From Capnocytophaga sp. (GTDB lineage: Bacteria; Bacteroidota; Bacteroidia; Flavobacteriales; Flavobacteriaceae): DNA of 62,217 bases. Where the stretch lies: assembly GCA_030523915.1 (NCBI GenBank), contig JAUNHN010000001.1, forward strand, positions 1 through 62,217. The letters run 5' to 3'. Under the pieces are notes generated by a model. The model was given only the letters and a program-made list of their open reading frames with translations. It did not search any database and was not told the DNA's origin. Positions 1 to 10,031 of the stretch are shown piece after piece (position 1 is the stretch's first letter; the number at the start of each line of letters is the position of its first letter). Made by a program: the position numbers and the translations under genes.

Positions 1-1471
1 CTAAAAATGAAATTATTTTGTTAATTTCTTCATTTACTTTGAAAAAATACACCCCACCAAAAATCATAATAGTGATAAAAATACTTTTCAATGCAAAAAT
101 AATATATTTGTTTAAATAAAACATATCAATGGCGTAAGAAACTAAACTCGTAAGTATAATGATAAGCAATATTTTCAGCGTATTTTTGTCATACGGTAAA
201 GTTTTAAATTTAAAAAATCCTAACAAAAGCTGAAAAACAGCAGAAACTATCATCGTAATACTAATAGCCAATGCACTTCCATAAATTCCGTAATGAAGCG
301 TTAAATAATACCCTAATGTAATTCCTATCAGCGAATTAAATATAGCAAAATACAATGTGTAATAATACCATTGTGAAGCGACAATTAGCTGCCCGATAGA
401 CCCAATCGAAATATCAATTAATCGCCCAATGGCTAAAATAAGAAAAACATATTTCCCTACTTGATAAATTTCTCCTTTTGGGATTAATTCATAAACGAAA
501 TCAATATTAAGCCATAATAATAGAAAAATATATGCCGATAAAATAAATCCAAACATAGCATTTCCTTTGATTAACGAAAATAATTTTTGTTTATTACCTT
601 CAACATATTGCTTTGTTATCTCAGGAAATGAGATTGATAACACAGAATTATACGGCACCATCAGAAAAAGAACAAAATAACTTGCTGTAGTATAAAAGGC
701 TACATTCGATAGGTCTGTAAATTTGGAAACAAAAAATAAATCTATCTTTGTAATGAAAAAAGTCGTTAGGTTTGATATAATAATGAAACCGAAAAATTTC
801 AAAAAATCATTTACCAGACCATTTTTTGTAAGAAATTCAAAACTTGGTTTGAGGGAAATTTTTCCTTTTTTAAGTAAAAGAATTTTTAAATAAACGACAA
901 ACACCCCTAAAATATTTGAAATGACAATAAGCCACATTGAAAGTTTAAAATCTTTTGTGTAAATGAAAATAATTACAGCCAATATGTTAAAGAGTTTATA
1001 CATTACATTCTGAATAAAATTAACGAACGTAATATTCCCTAACATAGCAAGATAATTTTTCTGGATAAGTAAATATCCATTGCACAAAAAGATAGGTACC
1101 ATAAAAAGTATATACTGATACACCAAATCAAAATCTGACTTTGAGGCTATTATTCGGGTAATACTTTCCTTGAAAATAAAAAAAAGTAACAAGACTATGC
1201 AAAAACCAATTAGAGGAAGTATAAAAACAAAAAAATCAAACCCTTTGTTATCTTTTCCATTTATAATGTGATAATACTTATTGATTACCAAAGGAATTCC
1301 CCAATGGGTATATGTTGCTATAATAGCAGCATATTCCAGTAGTAATCGATATAATCCGTTATATTCTGGAGTTAAATACTCAGGAGTTAAATATAAGGTA
1401 AAAAATGCACCTAATGCAATCCCTATGTAATTAATAACAGAAGATTTTAAACTTTGTTCTATGATTGACAT
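1..1471 (-). CDS. wzx: Polysaccharide flippase (Wzx/MOP family), 3' end runs off the window
   Basis: Absent from the ORF track because no stop lies in the window. ATG at 1471 gives MSIIEQSLKSSVINYIGIALGAFFTLYLTP...; the same frame at the left edge reads ...YFFKVNEEINKIISFL. About 490 mostly hydrophobic codons inside a glycan locus. Confidence 0.8.
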   Translation of the reverse strand, partial: MSIIEQSLKSSVINYIGIALGAFFTLYLTPEYLTPEYNGLYRLLLEYAAIIATYTHWGIPLVINKYYHIINGKDNKGFDFFVFILPLIGFCIVLLLFFIFKESITRIIASKSDFDLVYQYILFMVPIFLCNGYLLIQKNYLAMLGNITFVNFIQNVMYKLFNILAVIIFIYTKDFKLSMWLIVISNILGVFVVYLKILLLKKGKISLKPSFEFLTKNGLVNDFLKFFGFIIISNLTTFFITKIDLFFVSKFTDLSNVAFYTTASYFVLFLMVPYNSVLSISFPEITKQYVEGNKQKLFSLIKGNAMFGFILSAYIFLLLWLNIDFVYELIPKGEIYQVGKYVFLILAIGRLIDISIGSIGQLIVASQWYYYTLYFAIFNSLIGITLGYYLTLHYGIYGSALAISITMIVSAVFQLLLGFFKFKTLPYDKNTLKILLIIILTSLVSYAIDMFYLNKYIIFALKSIFITIMIFGGVYFFKVNEEINKIISFL

Positions 1472-1477
1472 ATTAGC

Positions 1478-2608
1478 TTAGTATACCAAAAGGTTATTTT
1501 TCTTTGTTTGTAAATTTCTATGTAGTTTATCAATGTTTACACATTTTTTTAGTTCAGAACCGTTTTCGACCATATGAATTAACATTCTCAGATAAGTTAC
1601 TTCACTTCCGTGGAACCCGTCTATGACTTCATCATCGTTCGAGTTATATTGGCTTAATACTGTCATATCCCATAATTCAAAATTATGTTTTTCAAATACT
1701 TGTTTCAATGACATTCCTAATGTATCCATATATTTATATTGACCACTTTCATTCATTTTTTTATAAACAGCATCTGCAAACGGAGGAATAAAACCTATTA
1801 CTTTTATGTTATTATTTTTCAAAAAAGTAAGTATTTTATCAACTTCTTGTAAGGCTACTTCATTGAGATTATCTCCTTTTTCGAAGCGTCTGTTTCCTTG
1901 CTCAATGCGTGAAAAAGTATCTTGAAATAGATAATCATCAGCTCTATTATCGCCCGTGAGCAGATATTCTATTTGTTTTCCGTAATAAAAACTACCATCT
2001 TTAACAAATCCTTTGCTATTTAATCGTGCATTTAAGCCAATTGTATTTGTATAAGCACTTTTATAGTCATTTCTGAAAATATTTATTCCATATTTCTGTT
2101 TTAATAAATCTTTCCAAACATTTCGCAAAGAAAAAATAGTAAAATTTGTTGTGTATAATTCTTTCCAATTAATTACATCATTATTTTTATTGGATAAATT
2201 ATCCCAATTATGGTTGAACATCCATTGGTCTAACCCGATTATTAAATATTTTGGATATTTATCTTTGGGCAATGTTTTTAAAAAAGGCAAGAAGTCAGAT
2301 ACGCTTGAAATCATCGAGCCACAATTATAAAAAGATTGTTCAAACATATTTTCTCGAAATTGTAACACGCGTGAAGACCCTAATGCAATTATGTCTTGAC
2401 TCTGTCTGCTGTCTAATTCTTTCCATTTCAGATATTTTTAATTGCTTTAATCATTATCATATCCTACATTGTAACTTTCGTTACTTGCTACCAAAGCATC
2501 TATTTTTGAAAAACTTTCTTTTGATAACAAAAGTATAAACGATGGTATCCCTATCAAAATAATTATAGGAATACAAAAAATAAGGATTTTATATATAAAT
2601 TTCTTCAT
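1478..2608 (-). pseudogene. SGNH-like (DltD/AlgJ-type) O-acyltransferase partner, interrupted by two in-frame TAA stops
   Basis: ATG at 2608 (MKKFIYKILIFCIPIIILIGIPSF, membrane anchor) is in frame with the listed 296-aa ORF. TAA codons at 2449-2447 and 2440-2438 intervene. IALGSSR lies just before the ORF-track GTG start, and a DGFH (DxxH) motif lies near the C-terminus. Confidence 0.72.
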
Positions 2609-2610
2609 TG

Positions 2611-4069
2611 TTAAAATTGAAAATATATAAATTCTTGCTCTTTACCAGCAAACATAAATAGTAAAAGAATGATTGCATAATAGAAACTCATTCTGACCCA
2701 TTTTTTATTTTTTAAAAATAATTTCTCAATCGCATATTCAAATTTTATACCTTTCCATTCAATTAACCAAAAGAAAAAAACTAAAACAATTACACGTACA
2801 AACCTGTCCCCCCCCCCCCCCCCCATTAATTAGAGGAATTCTAAATAAATCTTTTGAAGGAATATTTGATATGATATCGAGTGCTTGTTCTATATTTTCT
2901 GCTCTGAAAAAAATCCAAGCAACTACGGTTAGAGCAAAAGTACTTCCCATTGAGAAAAATTCTTTTAGGGAAGGCAAGTTTTTCCCAAATGCCACAGTGT
3001 TCAAATTCTTACGATTATTTTCTGTTAAAAGAAGCGGAAGAAAATAAAGAGCATTCAAAAACCCCCAAGCCACAAACGTCCAATTAGCTCCGTGCCAAAA
3101 TCCGCTTACGATGAAAATTAGGAATGTGTTTCTTACTTTTTTTAACATTCCACCTTGGCTACCTCCCAGAGGAATATACAAATAATCTCTAAACCACGTA
3201 GAAAGTGATATGTGCCAACGCCTCCAAAACTCGGCAATATCTCTTGAAAAATAAGGAAAAGAGAAATTTTTCATCAAATTGAATCCTAATAGCCGAGATA
3301 GTCCAATCGCCATATCAGAATAACCAGAAAAATCACCGTAAATCTGAAACGTAAAAAAAACAGCTCCTAAAACCAGCGTACTCCCCGAGTAGTCTGCCGA
3401 ATTATTGAAAATAAGATTGGCGTATTCCGCACAATTATCTGCTATTACGACCTTTTTGAATAATCCCCAGAGAATTTGTCGCATTCCGTCTACTGCCTTT
3501 TCGTAAGAAAAAATTCTTTTTTTGTAGAACTGAGGTAATAAATTCGTAGCCCTTTCAATAGGACCAGCTACTAACTGAGGAAAAAAACTTACAAACGCCG
3601 CAAAAGACACAAAATCTTTGGCAGGTTCTAATTTCTTTCGGTAAACATCTATCGTATAACTCATAGTTTGGAACGTATAGAAACTAATCCCAACAGGGAG
3701 AATAATATGCAAACTACTTACATTAATTTGCTTCCCGAAAAAGCTAAACGCTTGTACAAAATTTTCAATAAAAAAATTATAGTATTTGAAAAAACCTAAA
3801 AATCCAATGTTTATCAAAATACTTGTAACAAGGATTGATTTTCGCCAGATTTTCTTTTCGGTTTTTTGTAAGCCAATACCTGCCAAATAATCGGTTAATG
3901 TGCTAAATATGATTAAGAAAAGAAATTTCCAATCCCACCAACCATAAAACACATAACTCGCTACAACAATAAGAAAATTCTGTAATTTAAGATTCTTATT
4001 GGTAACAAACCAATACAAAACAAAGAAAATTGGGAAAAATATCGCAAAATCAATAGAATTAAATAACAT
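2611..4069 (-). pseudogene. MBOAT family O-acyltransferase (AlgI/DltB/PatA-like), frameshifted at a poly-G tract (probable phase-OFF allele)
   Basis: Motifs LPVGISFYTFQ, FFPQLVAGPIER, YGDFSGYSD, EFWRRWHISLSTWFRDYLYIPLGG, SGFWHGANWTF. The typical C-terminus EFIYFQF is in another frame (ORF 2611..2826). Span is 1459 nt (3n+1). Confidence 0.9.
2808..2824 (-). repeat. G17 homopolymer (C17 on + strand) inside the MBOAT gene
   Basis: Counted directly: 17 consecutive C at 2808-2824. It is the only long G/C run I see in the window and sits exactly at the frameshift. Confidence 0.95.
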
Positions 4070-5045
4070 TTAAATTATTTTCTTTTCTTGTTATTAAATA
4101 ATTTTCATTAACTACACCAGTACGGATTTTTTCGAAATTATCACGCACGAACTTAGGGCTATTTGTCTCATCCAACGTTAGTTTTGAATAAAAAAACTCT
4201 TTGTTTTTCAAATGATTATCATCTATTTTGTCAGGAGAAATCATCGAAATATTATTTGCAAAACAAAAATCTAAATCATTCTGATTCAAATCTGTAACGT
4301 GAGCAAAAGAGTTTAATTTTTTTGTAATAGCTTCTTTGGAAAAGCAAAATGTGTATTCAAAAATAAATTTTTCATTTCCTATTTGTATTATTTTTCTGGA
4401 ATTTTTATCAGTAGGATGCTTTAATATTTGTATCGTTTTGTTTTTGGTTAAATCCAAAACTTTGACAATAGGATTATATCGTTTTCTATTGGTGTAATTA
4501 TCAAAATCATAACAGAAAATTTCTCGTTTCAAATAGAAAGGAGTGGTGTTTTGCTTTACTATTTTATTGAAATCGTTTATTTTTCCGTTATTAAAATCAA
4601 ACATTTCGTCGGCATCGCAAAGCAAAACAATGTCATTTTTGTTGTATTTTTTGGTAATGTAATCCACACAAGCCTGTCTTTGGTTTATTTCTGCGTGAAA
4701 AGAAGCTAATTCTGAATAAGTTACAAATTCATAATTTTTATCAAAATGTTTATTTAAACAGCGTTTAATTTTTCTTTTTATAACTTCTAAAAAATCTGGT
4801 TCAAACTCGATGTGATAGTTTCTATTTATTTCGATATAATGTACCTTATCCCTGAAAGGAGCAAACCTTTCTTGATTTAAAATTTCTTTTAAATAAATAG
4901 GTTTTCGCTTTCCTTGAAAGGTGTAATGAGATTCTGTAATAATCCACTCAGTTACAAAATTATTTTCGATATTAAATTTTAACCACAGTAAGTCTTGTTC
5001 ATGTGGCTCACTAAACATAAATGCACTTATTATTTTACTTTCCAT
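4059..5045 (-). CDS. Putative glycosyltransferase, GT17-like
   Basis: N-terminal pattern AFMF..EQDLLWLKF....VTEWIITESHYTFQGKRKPIY, DxD motif LLCDADEM and KLNSFAH resemble GT17 (MGAT3-like) proteins. Confidence 0.6.
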   Translation of the reverse strand: MESKIISAFMFSEPHEQDLLWLKFNIENNFVTEWIITESHYTFQGKRKPIYLKEILNQERFAPFRDKVHYIEINRNYHIEFEPDFLEVIKRKIKRCLNKHFDKNYEFVTYSELASFHAEINQRQACVDYITKKYNKNDIVLLCDADEMFDFNNGKINDFNKIVKQNTTPFYLKREIFCYDFDNYTNRKRYNPIVKVLDLTKNKTIQILKHPTDKNSRKIIQIGNEKFIFEYTFCFSKEAITKKLNSFAHVTDLNQNDLDFCFANNISMISPDKIDDNHLKNKEFFYSKLTLDETNSPKFVRDNFEKIRTGVVNENYLITRKENNLNVI

Positions 5046-6553
5046 GGCATAAACTCTCTTAGTAAACTCTTTCTGTATGCAGGGTCTTTTATTCTTTTTA
5101 ATGTATTTTTCTCAGGATTAAACGCCTTATAAATTTTTTTATAAAACCCTAAATCAACCGTTTTTTTGAAAATTCCCATTCTTTTTTGCTTTTTCGTTAA
5201 TTGAAATGCTTTTTCTGTAACATTGCCATTGGCAAAATTAATGAAAGGCTCTCCAAAAGAATTAAACCAATACCCATAAGGCAAAGAGTTTTCTTTGGGT
5301 TTAGGAGGTAATTTTGTGTTTATGTATGAAAAAAGCTCTTCTTTTGTTGTTGGGATATAAGCTACATCAAGATGCTCGTAAAACGACTGCCCCAAACAAA
5401 TCACAGGTTTGCCATAATAACACGCTTCCACACCTATTGTAGAACCAAAAGTAATCACTTTGTCGGCTCTATCCACCAATGAATAGCTTCGTATAGGCGA
5501 ATGAGGTTCTATGATAATCAAATTTTCAAAACGTTCTAATTCTTTTAGTTTTTTATTCTGCGTATTGTTCAAAAATTTCAAATTTGGGTGGATTCGTAAA
5601 ATAAAAACTTTATCAGAATCGTTTTTAAAATGTTCACAAATTTCTGAAATAGCTTGGGTTTCATCTTCAAAAACATACACATAATTTTCCCACCCAGGTA
5701 CGGCTGCAAACTCGTCAATCGAAGAGTTAAAGAACACTATAACTTCTTTATTTTGAAATTTTTCGTTGTTTAATTCTTTATTTTGAAGCCCTACATAACT
5801 GGCATCGATAGTAGAAATCCCGTTTCTTTGTCTTTCAAAAAAACGATTGCTGACTTTTTGTTTTTCTTCTATCGAAATATCATTGTTTTCCCATAAATCA
5901 ACCATTTCCTGACGGCGGTATTTGATATTGTGAGGGATTTCATTTTGTAATAAATGGTATCTTTCAAAACTTAATGAAAATTCAAACACATTAAATGCTA
6001 CATTGTTCTTTTTGCAATAAAGCACCACAGGAGCGTATGTAGCCATTCTCCCGTTGAATACATACACTTTGTCGGGTTGTAATGAATTATGATAATGGGA
6101 TATGGTTGTAAATACATCAATAGCGTTTTTTAATTCTCTGTTGATGTGTTTGGAATATTTTTTTACATCAAGAATATGTTCTCTGAAAAAACTTATAGAA
6201 GATGACGCAGCACACATTCCTAAGTTGTAATCTTTGTAATAATATTTTTTTACATCTGAAATGTTTTCAAAATTTTGTGGACTAAAATCAGTCACTGATT
6301 TGTAGCCTAATAGCGTAACATTTCCTCCTTTACTACGTAAAAAAGTAAGCATATTATGAAACATACTTTCGTAGTAATAAAGATTTGATTTTATTGTATT
6401 ATAATTTATTTGGCTTTTAACGATGTTATTTTTAAAATCAGTTACTATATAAATATCATCTTTATTTAAGACGTGATTCATCAAAATTTCTGTCTGAATT
6501 TTGAAAATCATATCCAATCGTGGGTGAGCTGTAAAGAAAAATAAAATTTTCAT
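5030..6553 (-). CDS. Capsule polysaccharide synthesis protein (KpsS/LipB-like, GT-B), candidate nonulosonic-acid transferase
   Basis: Motifs VFNGR, LRIHPN and VITFGSTIGVEACYYGKPVICLGQSFY. Likely start is ATG 6553 (MKILFFF); the ORF-track start at 6601 overlaps the upstream gene. Confidence 0.65.
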   Translation of the reverse strand: MKILFFFTAHPRLDMIFKIQTEILMNHVLNKDDIYIVTDFKNNIVKSQINYNTIKSNLYYYESMFHNMLTFLRSKGGNVTLLGYKSVTDFSPQNFENISDVKKYYYKDYNLGMCAASSSISFFREHILDVKKYSKHINRELKNAIDVFTTISHYHNSLQPDKVYVFNGRMATYAPVVLYCKKNNVAFNVFEFSLSFERYHLLQNEIPHNIKYRRQEMVDLWENNDISIEEKQKVSNRFFERQRNGISTIDASYVGLQNKELNNEKFQNKEVIVFFNSSIDEFAAVPGWENYVYVFEDETQAISEICEHFKNDSDKVFILRIHPNLKFLNNTQNKKLKELERFENLIIIEPHSPIRSYSLVDRADKVITFGSTIGVEACYYGKPVICLGQSFYEHLDVAYIPTTKEELFSYINTKLPPKPKENSLPYGYWFNSFGEPFINFANGNVTEKAFQLTKKQKRMGIFKKTVDLGFYKKIYKAFNPEKNTLKRIKDPAYRKSLLREFMPWKVK

Positions 6554-6585
6554 TATATGTTGCGAATCATCTAATTTTGTTATTT

Positions 6586-7335
6586 TTATATACTTGTCCA
6601 ACCTCCGTCTACCATCAAATTATGCCCTGTAATGAAAGAAGCATCATCTGATAATAAAAATGAAATAGGAGGTGCCATTTCAGGAGCGTTACCCAATCTT
6701 TTCAAAGGCGACCTATCGTTATATTTTTTAATAAACGAAGGATGTTGTTTGCTTTCGTCTAATACGCCACCTGGGGAAACGCAATTCACACGTATATTGT
6801 ATTTTCCATAATAAGAAGCTAAATACCGAGTGAAGTTAATCAATCCTCCTTTTATGGCACTATATGCCGCCGCCGATGTTCCTCCATAATCCTCATACAA
6901 AGAAAAATCATTACCTACTACGCCGTATATAGAACCTACATTTACAATAGAACCGCTTTTTTGCGTTTTCATTATTTCTAATGTTTTTTGGCAAATGTAA
7001 AAAACGGCACTTAGCTGCATATCTACATTTTTCTGCCAAGACGAATATGTTACATCTTCAAATTTATTTCCCCAATCCGAAGTTCTTGGGTAAGCCAAAT
7101 TTACCAAACCATCAATTCTGCCAAATTCACGCATTGTAGTTTCTATAACCGAATCAATATCTTCTGTTAAGGTAATATTTTTTGTGAGAAACAAGGTTGC
7201 TTCATTATCAAATTCAGCAATATCAACAGCCACTACTTTTGCTCCACAACCTATAAGATGTTTTAGGACTTCTCTGCCTATCAAGCCTCCTGCTCCTGTG
7301 AGTATAATGATTTTATCTTTCAATCCTTGATACAT
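6586..7335 (-). CDS. SDR oxidoreductase (PtmA/ElaC-like)
   Basis: TGAGGLIG Rossmann motif, YSAIKGG (YxxxK), NLAYPR, IRVNCVSPGG; adjacent to CMP-nonulosonate genes. Confidence 0.82.
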   Translation of the reverse strand: MYQGLKDKIIILTGAGGLIGREVLKHLIGCGAKVVAVDIAEFDNEATLFLTKNITLTEDIDSVIETTMREFGRIDGLVNLAYPRTSDWGNKFEDVTYSSWQKNVDMQLSAVFYICQKTLEIMKTQKSGSIVNVGSIYGVVGNDFSLYEDYGGTSAAAYSAIKGGLINFTRYLASYYGKYNIRVNCVSPGGVLDESKQHPSFIKKYNDRSPLKRLGNAPEMAPPISFLLSDDASFITGHNLMVDGGWTSI

Positions 7336-8234
7336 AGTTTTAATATTTTGTTTGCTTCTTCTATGTTATTAAATTGTTTTTTTCTTGGAATTATTTCATT
7401 TATGAAAAACCACATTTGGTCATCATACGTGTCTATCGTTTTTTTGGGTGATGCAAAGATACATTTTTTGTTGAAATCAACAGTGTTTTTTAAAATATCT
7501 ACTTCATATGTTCCTGTGTCTGTGATGATTTCAATAGTTCGTTTGCTGTCTTTGCGGTAGTAGTTTAGTACTACAGAAACCGAAAAATGGCGATATATCC
7601 ATAAATAATTCGCATAATCGTATGCTGAAATGTTTAAAGATGAATTATTTGAGAAAAAAGTTCTTGTTTGTTCAGGCTCACCGAAAAGCCAATACACATA
7701 ATCCAATTCGTGAATTAAATCAATGTGTACACCTCCTCCTTGTTCTTTATTGGCACTATACACCGTTCTAAAATCTACATTCGGTCGCCAATCGGGTAAG
7801 TAAGAACCGCAATATACATTCACTTCATTGATTCTTTTGCCTTGAATTTCTTTTTTTAAAAATTGCAATGCTTCTAAAAAACGTAAATTACAAGCGATGT
7901 ATGTAATTAGTTTTTTATCAGTAATTTGCTTTACCAAAGTATCTGTTTGTTTTGTGATTTCTGAAAACAAAGGCTTTTCGATGAATAGTGGTTTTTCATA
8001 GCTAAATACTTGATATATAGCGTTATAATGCTTAAATGTTGGATTCGAGATTATTACAAAATCTATCATTTGCATATCTACCTCATCAATGCTAAAAATA
8101 TCAGTAACTCCTTCTGTTTTTGTTGCTGATTTTGAGCTTCTTAGAGCAAAAATTTCCGTCTCCGCATTGATTTTTCTTAGCGAATTAATATGCTTTTTGG
8201 CAATAGACCCCAAACCGATGATTAGAACTTTCAT
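7320..8234 (-). CDS. Gfo/Idh/MocA oxidoreductase (PtmF/ElaA-like)
   Basis: IIGLGSIAKKH, FIEKPL, GSYLPDWRP, GGGVHIDLIHELDY. Confidence 0.85.
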   Translation of the reverse strand: MKVLIIGLGSIAKKHINSLRKINAETEIFALRSSKSATKTEGVTDIFSIDEVDMQMIDFVIISNPTFKHYNAIYQVFSYEKPLFIEKPLFSEITKQTDTLVKQITDKKLITYIACNLRFLEALQFLKKEIQGKRINEVNVYCGSYLPDWRPNVDFRTVYSANKEQGGGVHIDLIHELDYVYWLFGEPEQTRTFFSNNSSLNISAYDYANYLWIYRHFSVSVVLNYYRKDSKRTIEIITDTGTYEVDILKNTVDFNKKCIFASPKKTIDTYDDQMWFFINEIIPRKKQFNNIEEANKILKLCIKD

Positions 8235-8247
8235 TGGCTCTGTTTTT

Positions 8248-8976
8248 TTAATAATTAAATTCGAAACCTAACCTTTTGTTTTCTAAGAGATATGTCATAA
8301 ACTCAAAGTCAATCGGGTGGTCTAAATCAAAGCAAATATGAGGCACTTCATACACAAGGCTTTTATTTGTAATTACCGATTTATAATTTTCGTCAAAAAA
8401 CTTTTTCTTATAAAAATAAAAAGAAGCGTTCAAATCATAAACCTTTGGTGCGGATTGTCTGGTAAGGAATGAGCCTTTTTTGCACAATTCATAAAACCCC
8501 TGTTCGTTAGCTTCCACCATATTAAAATACGGATTTCGATTTGCGGGGCTTACCGAAAATAAATTTACAGCTTCTTGATTTTCAAGTAGTAATCGTAATG
8601 AATTTTCTAAATCTGTAACCGTACGCAAAGGAGACGTTACATCTAAATCCAAAATGATGTCATACGCTTTATTATTTTTCTGCTGGGCATAATTTTTTAC
8701 ATCAATAATCGTGTCTAATTTCCCAGCTGTATCGCTTGATAAATATTCGGGACGGGTATAACTTATATCTATTTTTTTGAAAGGTAAATTTGCGACAACA
8801 TTCTTTATTTCAGCAGAATCTGTCGATAAAATGATGTCTGTTTCGTATATTTTGGCAAACCATTCTGCTACTTCAAGAGTGTAACTTATTAGCGGACGGT
8901 TATTTATTATTTTTATATTTTTACCAGGAATCCCTTTAGAACCTCCTCTGGCACAAATCGTAACCAATATATTCAT
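8248..8976 (-). CDS. neuA: CMP-nonulosonic acid synthetase (acylneuraminate cytidylyltransferase, LegF/PtmB-like)
   Basis: TICARGGSKGIPGKNIK, STDS, DLDVTSPLR, RQSAPKVYDLNASFY. Confidence 0.88.
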   Translation of the reverse strand: MNILVTICARGGSKGIPGKNIKIINNRPLISYTLEVAEWFAKIYETDIILSTDSAEIKNVVANLPFKKIDISYTRPEYLSSDTAGKLDTIIDVKNYAQQKNNKAYDIILDLDVTSPLRTVTDLENSLRLLLENQEAVNLFSVSPANRNPYFNMVEANEQGFYELCKKGSFLTRQSAPKVYDLNASFYFYKKKFFDENYKSVITNKSLVYEVPHICFDLDHPIDFEFMTYLLENKRLGFEFNY

Positions 8977-8982
8977 AGTGTT

Positions 8983-10023
8983 TTATTCTTTAATATGCTT
9001 TATAAAATCCTGAGCCTGAATGTAATCCACAGGCTTTCCGATGTCTACCCAATAGCCAATAATGGGGTCGTACACCAGTTTTCCACCTTCTTTGACCAAG
9101 CAATCCATTAGGTCGGTAATGTCAAAATATTCTCCTTTCGGGATTTTATGTATCAATTCTTTTTTCAGAATATAAATTCCTGCATTAGAATGGTAAATAT
9201 ATGATGGTTTTTCCTTAAAATCAATCACTTGAATTCCATTAGTTTCAAAAACCGCATACGGAATATCCACTTTATATTCAGTAGAAGCTACCGACATATC
9301 CGCCTCTTGGTCTATGAGAACTTCGTAAAGATGCTCGAAATCGGCATTGGTAAATACATCGCTATTTATCACTAAAATATGATTCGATTTATAGTCATTT
9401 ATTAGAGCCAAAGCTCCTGCCGTTCCCAAAGGTTTATCTTCCCAAATATACTGAATTTCAATTCCTTTGGAACTTCCATCTCCAAAATAATCAACTATCT
9501 GTTCGCCTAAATATTTTACAGAAATATATATTTTTTTTATACCAAAAGAAATCAGCCTATCTATGTTATGTTCTATAATCGGTTTTCCTCCCAAAGGCAA
9601 CATCGGCTTAGGAACGGTATCTGTCAAAGGACTTAACCGCTTGCCTCGCCCACCTGCCATAATTACACACTCCAACGGAAGACTTGCTTTAACTTTCGCC
9701 AAATCAATCAATTCCACCATTTTTTTATTTTGGTCTAAAACTGGTAAAATCTTAATATCCGCTTTGCGAAACACATCGAAATTTTGATATTTATTATCTT
9801 CGGAAAGGTGTTTAAAATTTTTATTGCATATTTCCCCTACCTTTTTGCTTAAATCCTGAAATTCCACAATAGAACGCCTAATATCTCCATCAGTTACAGA
9901 GCCTATTACACGTTGCTTATCATCTGTTACAAAAAGTATCAATCGGCTTAAATTCCGAATACTATTTAATTTTTTCAAAGCATCTACCAGCGATGCTTCG
10001 TGGTTAATTAATACGCTTTCCAT
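8983..10023 (-). CDS. CBS-domain sugar-1-phosphate nucleotidyltransferase (PtmE-like)
   Basis: N-terminal CBS region (GSVTDGDIRR), then MAGGRGKRLSPLTDTVPKPML, EDKPLGTAGAL, WVDIG. Confidence 0.88.
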   Translation of the reverse strand: MESVLINHEASLVDALKKLNSIRNLSRLILFVTDDKQRVIGSVTDGDIRRSIVEFQDLSKKVGEICNKNFKHLSEDNKYQNFDVFRKADIKILPVLDQNKKMVELIDLAKVKASLPLECVIMAGGRGKRLSPLTDTVPKPMLPLGGKPIIEHNIDRLISFGIKKIYISVKYLGEQIVDYFGDGSSKGIEIQYIWEDKPLGTAGALALINDYKSNHILVINSDVFTNADFEHLYEVLIDQEADMSVASTEYKVDIPYAVFETNGIQVIDFKEKPSYIYHSNAGIYILKKELIHKIPKGEYFDITDLMDCLVKEGGKLVYDPIIGYWVDIGKPVDYIQAQDFIKHIKE

Positions 10024-10031
10024 ACGCTTAA

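Noticed and set aside
2611-2826. 71-aa ORF beginning MGGGGGG
   Set aside because: Not a separate gene; it is the out-of-frame C-terminus of the MBOAT protein beyond the G17 tract.
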